Assembly: GCA_000375685.1 (NCBI GenBank)
Contig: AQVQ01000003.1
Location: 1 to 38,486, forward strand
Length of the DNA stretch: 38,486 bases
Origin: a crenarchaeote SCGC AAA261-N23
GTDB lineage: Archaea > Thermoproteota > Thermoprotei > Gearchaeales > Gearchaeaceae
Reading direction: 5' to 3'
Part shown: positions 26,610 to 34,151 of the stretch, one piece after another
Position numbering within the stretch: position 1 is the stretch's first letter
How the letters are laid out: every line of letters starts with the position of its first letter
Position numbers and translations under genes: made by a program
The notes under the pieces: model-generated
Database searches by the model: none
Told to the model about the DNA's origin: nothing
The model's input: the letters and a program-made list of their open reading frames with translations, nothing else

Positions 26610-26805
26610 ATACGAAGCCAAGGGTATAGTAAAAAAAGGTAAAGATTTCAAGCTATCTTTTAGAACTTATGTATACGCATATTCTTTGAAACATGCTATA
26701 GATGTTCTATTATCTAGACTAGGAAGTAATTATAAAGCTAAAAGAAGCAACATTGAAATTGAATATATAGTAGAGGTTAAAGAAGATGAGCAGCAAGGAA
26801 AGTGA
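26554..26805 (+). CDS. rpl18a: 50S ribosomal protein L18Ae/LX (eL20)
   Basis: KYEAKG...AYSLKHAIDVLLSRLGSNYKAKRSNIEI; conserved position; the true start may be TTG at 26584. Confidence 0.85.
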   Translation: MQRLRKLNKSLDSQKSLNKYEAKGIVKKGKDFKLSFRTYVYAYSLKHAIDVLLSRLGSNYKAKRSNIEIEYIVEVKEDEQQGK

Positions 26806-27208
26806 AATAAATAGAAAAGTTTTAGAGTATGAGTATTATAAGCAACTTTTAGATAATTATCAGAATGAATTCACAGCTATAACTGCTTTATTAAATGAAG
26901 TAGATACCACTCTTTCCACAATCAACGAATTATATAAATTAAAGAGTGAGCAAACGGAAATTTATGCTTCACTTGGAAGCGGTTCTTATCTTAAAGTTAA
27001 TCTTACAAAAGAGAATAAAATTTTACTAAATGTGGGCGCTAAGATATTCATTGAGTATACTTTAGAACAAGCTACTGATTTCTTAAATAGAAGGAAACAA
27101 AAAATAACAGAATCATTGGAGAACACAAGTAAAATAATAAGGGAATTAAGTTTAATAGTTTCAAGATTAGAGTCTGAAATAGCTAAATTAACTGAAACAA
27201 AACGGTAA
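26786..27208 (+). CDS. pfdA: Prefoldin alpha subunit
   Basis: Coiled-coils flanking IYASLGSGSY...ILLNVGAKIFIE hairpins. Confidence 0.92.
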   Translation: MSSKESEINRKVLEYEYYKQLLDNYQNEFTAITALLNEVDTTLSTINELYKLKSEQTEIYASLGSGSYLKVNLTKENKILLNVGAKIFIEYTLEQATDFLNRRKQKITESLENTSKIIRELSLIVSRLESEIAKLTETKR

Positions 27209-28104
27209 TGTTTTCCGGTCTGAAGAAAGTTTTCAATTCGCTTAAAGAGAAAATTTTAACAACTGAACTAAGCAAAGAGGACTTAAAGGAAGAATTATGG
27301 CGATTTGAATTAAAGCTGGTAGAAAATAATGTAGCTGCAGAAATAGCCCATACGATAGTCGATGAAATTGCTAGTAAATTAGAAACAAAAAAATTTTCTA
27401 GATTTGAAGGAACAGATAAAATAATTAATTCAATTTATAGAGAATCACTTGAAAATTTATTGGAAGAGGTTCCTGAATATGATCTAATCAACGAAATTAA
27501 GAAAAATAAGCCCTACATAATTCTTTTTGTAGGAATAAACGGTACAGGTAAAACAACTTCTATAGCGAAGATTTGTAATTTTCTAAAAAATAAGTATGGG
27601 TTTAAATGTCTGCTAGCTTGTGCTGATACTTTCAGGGCAGGTGCAATAGAACAGTTAGAGAGTCATGCAAAAGTTTTGAATGTTATGATGATAAAGCACA
27701 AATATGGCTCTTCTCCTACAGCTGTAGCCTATGATGCTGTAATGTATGCGAAAAAGTATGATGTTGACGTCGTATTAATAGATACGGCTGGTAGAATGGA
27801 TACCGATATTAATTTAATCAATGAAATGAAAAAGTTAGTAAGAGTGATTAAACCAAATGCAATTTTACTTGTTGTGGACAGCTTGTCAGGAAATGATGCT
27901 TACTATCAAGCAGAAATTTTCAACAAAGAATTAAACATCACAGGCTATATACTAACCAAGGTAGATGCAGATGAAAGGGGCGGTACAATTTTATCTTTGA
28001 TATATTCTACAAAAAAACCAATCTTATTTGTAGGTACCGGAACAAGTTATGAAGATATTATACCTATTAATAAGGAATGGATAATAAGTAAATTGTTAGA
28101 ATAA
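27208..28104 (+). CDS. ftsY: Signal recognition particle receptor FtsY
   Basis: GINGTGKTTSIAK, DTFRAGAIEQL, DTAGR, TKVDADERGG. Confidence 0.96.
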   Translation: MFSGLKKVFNSLKEKILTTELSKEDLKEELWRFELKLVENNVAAEIAHTIVDEIASKLETKKFSRFEGTDKIINSIYRESLENLLEEVPEYDLINEIKKNKPYIILFVGINGTGKTTSIAKICNFLKNKYGFKCLLACADTFRAGAIEQLESHAKVLNVMMIKHKYGSSPTAVAYDAVMYAKKYDVDVVLIDTAGRMDTDINLINEMKKLVRVIKPNAILLVVDSLSGNDAYYQAEIFNKELNITGYILTKVDADERGGTILSLIYSTKKPILFVGTGTSYEDIIPINKEWIISKLLE

Positions 28105-29057
28105 TGGATCATTTTATGGAAATAATAAAGGGACTCAGGGGAAGAGATTTGCTTTCTATCACTGATCTATCTAGGCAAGAAATACTGGCTTTAATAGATT
28201 TAACAGAAATGCTTAAAAAATTGGCAAAAATAGGTGTAAAAGAGACAAAGTATTTGACCGGTAAAAAAATTGTAATGATATTTCAAAAACACTCTACGAG
28301 AACTAGATCCTCTTTTTCTGTTGCATTACAAGAACTAGGCTCATATGCGTACTACTTTGGATGGAATGAACTACAGCTAGCAAGAGGAGAGACAATAAAA
28401 GATACTGCCTTGATGCTCAATAGATACTTTGATGGTGCTATATTGAGGGTGTATAAACATTCTGATCTTGAAGAGTTTGCAAAATTTTTTGATGGACCTG
28501 TAATTAATGCATTAAGCGACTTGGAGCACCCTTGTCAAATTATTGCAGATTTCTATACTATTCGTGAAAAGATAGGAAATTTGAATAAAGTTAAAATTGC
28601 TTACTTGGGCGATGGAGGTAATAATGTTGCAAATAGCTTAATTTTAGGTTCTGCTATAATAGGAATAAACATTTTTATAGCTTCCCCAAAAAAATATCAA
28701 CCGTTACCAGTGATTCTACAGAAAGCAGAAAGATTCGCTGAAAAATCGGGTTCTATAATAAAGGTAACAGAAAACATTAAAGAGGCAATATCCGACGCTG
28801 ACATAATATATACTGATACTTTTGTCTCAATGGGCATGGAAAATGAGAGAGAAATTAGATTAAAAGAATTAAGAGATTACCAAGTTAATGAGAAAATATT
28901 CGAAATGAATCCAAATGCTTACTTTATGCATTGTGCTCCATGGCATGTGGGAGAGGAAGTAACAGAAAGCGTGGTCTATGGAAAAAATTCTATAGTTTTT
29001 GACCAAGCAGAAAATAGATTACATTCAAGCAAATCTATTTTGATAACCCTATTTTGA
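28104..29057 (+). CDS. argF: Ornithine carbamoyltransferase
   Basis: STRTR, RGETIKDTA, HPCQIIAD, GDGGNNVANS, SMG, HCAP (HCLP variant), QAENRLH. Confidence 0.93.
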   Translation: MDHFMEIIKGLRGRDLLSITDLSRQEILALIDLTEMLKKLAKIGVKETKYLTGKKIVMIFQKHSTRTRSSFSVALQELGSYAYYFGWNELQLARGETIKDTALMLNRYFDGAILRVYKHSDLEEFAKFFDGPVINALSDLEHPCQIIADFYTIREKIGNLNKVKIAYLGDGGNNVANSLILGSAIIGINIFIASPKKYQPLPVILQKAERFAEKSGSIIKVTENIKEAISDADIIYTDTFVSMGMENEREIRLKELRDYQVNEKIFEMNPNAYFMHCAPWHVGEEVTESVVYGKNSIVFDQAENRLHSSKSILITLF

Positions 29058-29104
29058 ATAAAGTTTATTAAAATGAAAGCGAGTAATATCACACATCGTC
29101 AGGT

Positions 29105-29380
29105 TTGTCAGAAAAATTAAAATCGATTTGGAACTCTGTTAGAAACATTTTATCTTTAGCAGTCAAACCTACGAAAAGTGAATTTAATTTAATGTTTAAA
29201 ATTGTAGGGGTCGGATTTTTAATAATTGGAACCTACAGTTTTGTAATTAGCATGTTAGGTTTTGGTTTGCAGAGTTTGAACATTTCAAGCATACCACAAA
29301 TAGTTATATTAATATTTACAGCTATAATTGGTTTAGTATTATTATTATATTACTATGGTTCAAGAAGAAAGCTCTGGTAA
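29105..29380 (+). CDS. secE: Preprotein translocase SecE/Sec61-gamma with extra C-terminal hydrophobic segment
   Basis: RNILSLAVKPTKSEF...GFLIIG..SFVI; directly upstream of spt5; TTG start. Confidence 0.88.
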   Translation: MSEKLKSIWNSVRNILSLAVKPTKSEFNLMFKIVGVGFLIIGTYSFVISMLGFGLQSLNISSIPQIVILIFTAIIGLVLLLYYYGSRRKLW

Positions 29381-29834
29381 GCAAGTAGATACTAAAATAT
29401 TCGCTGTTAGAGTAACAACTGGTTACGAAAACACAACGGCCTTTATAATAAATGAAAGATATAAGGCTGTAGCAGATAAAACAACCGTAGTTTCTGCGTT
29501 AGTACTGGATGAAATGAGATCATATGTAATGATAGAAGCTAAAAACATGGGTGATGTGCTTACCTTGATTTACGGCTTAAAACATGTTAAAGGACAAATA
29601 AAAGGAATGATAGACATTAAAGAAATAGAACACCTAATAGTGCCTAAGGAGGTTATTAAAGAACTTAAGGAAGGTTACGAGGTAGAAATAACTTTTGGTC
29701 CCTTTAAGGGAAGTATTGCAGAAATAATCGGTGTGGATAAAAGTAAAAATGAAGTTAGAGTAATTTTAAAAGATGCTCCAACTCAAATTCCTATACAGCT
29801 TTCTGCGGATTACATAAAAGTTATAAAGAAGTAG
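29355..29834 (+). CDS. spt5: Transcription elongation factor Spt5 (NusG)
   Basis: IFAVRVTTGYE, SYVMIEA, KOW motif VEITFGPFKG. Confidence 0.95.
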   Translation: MVQEESSGKQVDTKIFAVRVTTGYENTTAFIINERYKAVADKTTVVSALVLDEMRSYVMIEAKNMGDVLTLIYGLKHVKGQIKGMIDIKEIEHLIVPKEVIKELKEGYEVEITFGPFKGSIAEIIGVDKSKNEVRVILKDAPTQIPIQLSADYIKVIKK

Positions 29835-29850
29835 AAAGTAGGAATAAATT

Positions 29851-30339
29851 ATGCCCAAATCAAAATCGTTCAACTTTACCATTGAGGGCGGTAAAGCTAC
29901 AGGTGGACCGCCAATTGGTCCAGCCTTAACACCCTTAGGTATTAATGTGATGGATGTAGTTAAGAAAATAAATGATTTGACCAAAGAGTTTGCTGGTATG
30001 CGAGTACCGGTAACTGTTAAAGTCGATGAAGAAACTAAGGAATTTGAAATCGAAATAGGCACACCTTCAACAGCTGCGCTCTTATTACACGAGCTTAAAG
30101 TTGAAAAAGGGTCGTCTTCGCCTGCAAAACAAAAAGCTGGAAATTTGACCATAAATCAAGTTGTAAAGATTGCAAAGCTTAAAATGAAAGACTTATTAGC
30201 AAAAGACTTAAAAGCGGCAACTAAAGAGATTCTTGGTACGTGTCTTAGTTTTGGCATCACAGTAGAAAATAAAGATCCTAGAGAAGTTCAAAAAGAAATA
30301 GATAAAGGTCTTTATGATGATTTATTTAAAGAAGTATAA
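29851..30339 (+). CDS. rpl11: 50S ribosomal protein L11 (uL11)
   Basis: GGKATGGPPIGPAL, GMRVPV, KEILGTCLSFG. Confidence 0.97.
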   Translation: MPKSKSFNFTIEGGKATGGPPIGPALTPLGINVMDVVKKINDLTKEFAGMRVPVTVKVDEETKEFEIEIGTPSTAALLLHELKVEKGSSSPAKQKAGNLTINQVVKIAKLKMKDLLAKDLKAATKEILGTCLSFGITVENKDPREVQKEIDKGLYDDLFKEV

Positions 30340-30341
30340 CA

Positions 30342-31004
30342 ATGTCAAAAGCTTTACAAAAATCTGAAACCGACATTGAGGTAATAAGAGACGCTTTAAA
30401 AAAGCTAGAAAATACTAAAAAGAGGAAGTTTACTCAATCATACGAATTGATTATAAACTTATCAGATGTTGATGTTAAGAAAATTGCAAACAAATTTAAT
30501 CTTATACTTAAATTGCCAAATAAAATATCTAAGGATATCAAGGTTTGTGTTTTTGCAGAGAAGGATATAGCAAAATTAGCAGAAGAAGCGAGTGCAGATT
30601 TGATAATGAGAAGGACAGATTTAGAAAAACTTCAGGGAAATAAGAGAGAATTAAAGAAAATTGCCAAGAAATTTAACTTTTTTTTGTCACAACCAGACTT
30701 GATGCCCTTGGTAGGAAAATTACTTGGGCCATATTTAGGATCAAGAGGTAAGTTGCCCCAGGTGATTTATCCAAACTCAGATGTTGCAGGCATAATCAAA
30801 GATTTAAAGCAAAGTGTTAAAATTAGAGTCAAAAATCAACCTACTATAAGTTGTATTATAGGTAAAGAAAATGATGGTATTGAAAAAGTGGCTGAAAACG
30901 CATTATATATAATAAACGAGGTTCAAAAAATTCTAGCTGGAGAAGGTAGAATTAAAAGTGTTTATATTAAAAAAACTATGTCTGATCCTGTAAGAATAAA
31001 GTAA
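30342..31004 (+). CDS. rpl1: 50S ribosomal protein L1 (uL1)
   Basis: KRKFTQSYELIINL, MPLVGKLLGPYLGSRGKLP, YIKKTM. Confidence 0.96.
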   Translation: MSKALQKSETDIEVIRDALKKLENTKKRKFTQSYELIINLSDVDVKKIANKFNLILKLPNKISKDIKVCVFAEKDIAKLAEEASADLIMRRTDLEKLQGNKRELKKIAKKFNFFLSQPDLMPLVGKLLGPYLGSRGKLPQVIYPNSDVAGIIKDLKQSVKIRVKNQPTISCIIGKENDGIEKVAENALYIINEVQKILAGEGRIKSVYIKKTMSDPVRIK

Positions 31005-31005
31005 A

Positions 31006-31881
31006 ATGTCATTGCGTTATAGAGCTACTAAAAAAGTTACAAGAGCTAGAAAAGCACAATATATCAACGAATTGTTAGATTACTTTAGTAAATACAAGTA
31101 TCTAATAGTAGGAAATTTGGTCGGATTAGGTAGTAGTGAAATACAGGAATTGAGAAAAATAATAAGAAATTATGGAATATTAAAAGTTGCAAAAAACAGT
31201 TTAGTAAGGATTGCGCTAGAAAAAAAGTTCGGATCCGAACTTAAAGAAAAATTGGAGAAAAAGTTGGTTAACCAGAATTGCTTTATATTTACTAACTTAA
31301 ATCCTTACGAGTTTTACTTATTACTAGAAAAGAATAAAATATATACGGCTGCTCAACCTGGAATGAAAGCTCCTGTAGATATTGTTATCCCTTCAGGTAA
31401 TACTGGGCTGACGCCTGGACCATTACTGAGCAAATTTAGTAAGCTGAAGATACCGACTAAAATAGAAGAAGGGTCTGTTTGGATAACAAAAGATACAGTA
31501 GTAACTAAACAAGGTTCAGAAATAACTAAAGAAGTTGTTGAATTACTAAACCTTTTAAATATAAAGCCAATTGCCAAAACTCTTCAAATCAAATTCTTTT
31601 TCGACGGAAGGAGTATAGTCGAAGGTATTACTTTGGATGTTGAAGCAATAAGAAAAGATGTGATAGATGCGTATAGTAACGCAGTTAAATTAGCAATTAA
31701 CGCAACTTTACCTGTACCTGAAATATTGCACATAATACTTTCTAATGCGCAAGCAAATGCTATTAAAATACTTCAGAGTGTTGTTTTGCCCGAGAAAGAG
31801 AGCTTAAAATACAATGTAATTAAGGCGCATGCATTAGCTAAATCAATACTAGGTAGGATTGAGACCACAAAAAATGAATAA
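31006..31881 (+). CDS. rpl10: 50S ribosomal protein L10 (uL10/P0), lacking the acidic C-terminal tail
   Basis: KVAKNSLVRIAL, FTNLNPY, GMKAPVDIVIPSGNTGLTPGP, IPTKIEEG. Confidence 0.95.
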   Translation: MSLRYRATKKVTRARKAQYINELLDYFSKYKYLIVGNLVGLGSSEIQELRKIIRNYGILKVAKNSLVRIALEKKFGSELKEKLEKKLVNQNCFIFTNLNPYEFYLLLEKNKIYTAAQPGMKAPVDIVIPSGNTGLTPGPLLSKFSKLKIPTKIEEGSVWITKDTVVTKQGSEITKEVVELLNLLNIKPIAKTLQIKFFFDGRSIVEGITLDVEAIRKDVIDAYSNAVKLAINATLPVPEILHIILSNAQANAIKILQSVVLPEKESLKYNVIKAHALAKSILGRIETTKNE

Positions 31882-31920
31882 AAATATTTTTATTTTAGAA
31901 TAAAGATATAGTTTATTAAC

Positions 31921-32247
31921 ATGGAATACGTATATGCTGGTTTGTTATTGCATTTCGCGAAGAAAGAAATCAACGAAGATAATTTAACCAAAATATTCCA
32001 GTCTGCAGGAATACCTTACGACGAAAATAAAATTAGAATGTTTGCTGCTGCTTTAAAAGAAATAAATATAGAAGAAGTTTTAAAGAGTTCTACAGTTGTT
32101 CCAGCAGCTGTAACAGCAACGCCTACACAAGCTGCTCCAGCTACTGAAGTAAAGAAAGAAGAAAAGAAGAAAGAAGAAGAGAAGAAGAAAGAAGAAGAAG
32201 TATCTGAAGAAACGTTATCTGCTGGTCTTTCAGCTTTATTCGGGTAA
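31921..32247 (+). CDS. rpl12: 50S ribosomal stalk protein L12 (P1)
   Basis: [11 protein letters not shown], Ala/Glu/Lys hinge, GLSALFG. Confidence 0.97.
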   Translation: MEYVYAGLLLHFAKKEINEDNLTKIFQSAGIPYDENKIRMFAAALKEINIEEVLKSSTVVPAAVTATPTQAAPATEVKKEEKKKEEEKKKEEEVSEETLSAGLSALFG

Positions 32248-32281
32248 AGTTAATAGTCCAACATCTTGAGACTGTTTTCTT

Positions 32282-33883
32282 ATGGAATTTGGTAAAGAGG
32301 AATATGATCTAAAATATTTTTATGAAAATAATTTCATAAGGAAGCAATGTAAAAGCTGTAAAAGGTTTTTCTGGACTCTTAATAAGGATTTTGAATATTG
32401 TCAAAGCGCTCCATGTGTAACTTATAATTTCTTAGGAAATAAAATAATGGAAGCTGACACGAATTTCGTTAGAAAAGAATTCATAAACTTTTTTAAGGGT
32501 AAAGGTCATACAGAAATAAGTCCAAGACCTGTTTTAGCTAGATGGAGAGAAGATATATTTTTGACAATAGCTAGCATAGCTGTTTTTCAACCATTCGTTA
32601 CTAAAGGAATAACAAATCCACCCGCCAATCCTCTGGTAATTTCACAACCTTGTATAAGACTTAAGGATATAGATCTTGTAGGAAAAACTGCAGGTAGACA
32701 CCTTACTATATTTGAAATGATGGCTCATCATGCATTCAATACCAAAGAAAAGATAATTTATTGGAAAGATGAAACTGTTGAATATTGTCAAGAATTCTCA
32801 GCATCGCGTATGAAGATTGACCCATACTCTATATGTTATATTGAGGATTCTTGGATGGGAGGTGGAGATGCTGGACCTTGTTTTGAAGTAGCTACTAATG
32901 GTTTAGAAATAGCTACCCTTGTATTCATGAAATATGAGATTGATGGAAATAAATTAAAGGATTTACCTCTATTCATTGTAGATACTGGATACGGGCTTGA
33001 AAGATACGTTTGGTATTTATCAGGGAAACCTTCAGCGTTCCATGCAATATATGGAGATTTAGCTGAAAAAGTTCTAAATAAAGCAAGAATTTCCTCGGAT
33101 TTAAAAGATTTACTTTTTATTCATTCTTCTAAATCTCTGTTTTATTTAGAAAATAAGGATCCTACCCATGAAATAAGTAGAGAAGTCGGAATAAATGAAA
33201 TTGAAACTAAAGAATTAATCAAAAGAATAGAGGGATCGTATGCTATACTAGATCATTCAAAGTGTGTACTTTTTATGCTTGCAGATGGTTTAGTCCCTTC
33301 TAACATGGGCGAAGGTTACTTAGGGAGACTGGTCATTAGGAAATTGCTTAAGACTTTAAAATCATTAAATATAGATTTAACCCTCGAAGAATTATTTAAA
33401 GAGCAAATAAAATTATGGGGCAGGATTTTTCCTCGTCTTGTTGAAAACAAAGAAAGAATCTTTGAGGTAATTGAATTAGAAAGTGAAAAATATGAACAAC
33501 TCTTAAGGAAAGCCGACATAATGCTCGAAAATATGATTAAGGAAAAGATCAATAAAAAAGAAAAGTTTAATATTGATGAGTTAATAGAATTATATGATTC
33601 ACATGGAATTAGCCCTGAATTTGTAGAAGAAAAAGCCGCTAAAAGACACATTAATTCTATAAAATTACTTATTTTCATATCTCCATTTAAAGCTTTAAGA
33701 ATTATTAGAAATTATATTAGTAATAATTTTCCTTTGTCTATTTTTATATTTCTTTTTATTACAGTTTTAGAAAGTATTTCGACGATTACTGGTTATATAA
33801 AATTTATATTAGGTGAAGATTTTTTAAAATGGAGAATTGCTTACACAACAAAAGAAATTCATAAGTATATACCAAGTGATTAA
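32282..33883 (+). CDS. alaS: Alanyl-tRNA synthetase aminoacylation half (aa 1-454) fused in frame to 79 unrelated residues at an inversion junction
   Basis: ARWREDIFLTIASI, QPCIR, GRHLTIFEMMAHHAFN, GGGDAGP, DTGYGLER, GYLGRLVIR, LYDSHGI; similarity stops at EEKAAK (33643). Confidence 0.9.
   Translation: MEFGKEEYDLKYFYENNFIRKQCKSCKRFFWTLNKDFEYCQSAPCVTYNFLGNKIMEADTNFVRKEFINFFKGKGHTEISPRPVLARWREDIFLTIASIAVFQPFVTKGITNPPANPLVISQPCIRLKDIDLVGKTAGRHLTIFEMMAHHAFNTKEKIIYWKDETVEYCQEFSASRMKIDPYSICYIEDSWMGGGDAGPCFEVATNGLEIATLVFMKYEIDGNKLKDLPLFIVDTGYGLERYVWYLSGKPSAFHAIYGDLAEKVLNKARISSDLKDLLFIHSSKSLFYLENKDPTHEISREVGINEIETKELIKRIEGSYAILDHSKCVLFMLADGLVPSNMGEGYLGRLVIRKLLKTLKSLNIDLTLEELFKEQIKLWGRIFPRLVENKERIFEVIELESEKYEQLLRKADIMLENMIKEKINKKEKFNIDELIELYDSHGISPEFVEEKAAKRHINSIKLLIFISPFKALRIIRNYISNNFPLSIFIFLFITVLESISTITGYIKFILGEDFLKWRIAYTTKEIHKYIPSD
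33549..33643 (+). repeat. 95-bp perfect inverted repeat, left copy (alaS coding sequence)
   Basis: TCAATAAAAAAG...GCCGCTAAA is the exact reverse complement of 38392-38486. Confidence 0.97.
33644..33883 (+). other. 3' fragment of an unrelated gene, possibly a GT2 glycosyltransferase C-terminus
   Basis: Very AT-rich; encodes a hydrophobic stretch ending ...GYIKF...KWRIAYTTK, resembling the W.IA.(T/S)TK ends of some GT2 enzymes (from memory, not searched). Confidence 0.45.
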
Positions 33884-33909
33884 AGCTCTTATAAATAGAA
33901 TTAAGTAAT

Positions 33910-33983
33910 CGCCCTGGCCGGGATTTGAACCCGGGTCGCAAGGGTGACAGCCTCACATTCTAACCGGGCTAAACTACCAGGGC
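33910..33983 (-). tRNA. tRNA-Asp(GTC)
   Basis: GCCCTGG acceptor stem, anticodon loop CTGTCAC, GTTCAAATC, discriminator G. Confidence 0.94.
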
Positions 33984-34031
33984 TTTACATCATTAATTAG
34001 TAATATATTTCCGTTAAAAATTTTTACTTAT

Positions 34032-34106
34032 CGCCCCGGACGGGAATTGAACCCGTGACCTCTGGCTTAGAAGGCCAGCGCTATGTCCATGCTAAGCTAC
34101 CGGGGC
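34032..34106 (-). tRNA. tRNA-Arg(TCT)
   Basis: GCCCCGG acceptor stem, anticodon arm CTGGC-CTTCTAA-GCCAG, GTTCAATTC. Confidence 0.94.
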
Positions 34107-34151
34107 TTATTCATACAGCCAAATCTTTCTACTAAATAATAAATTTTTAAT

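Noticed and set aside
32145-32200. GAA/AAG tandem low-complexity run
   Set aside because: It encodes the normal Glu/Lys hinge of stalk protein P1.
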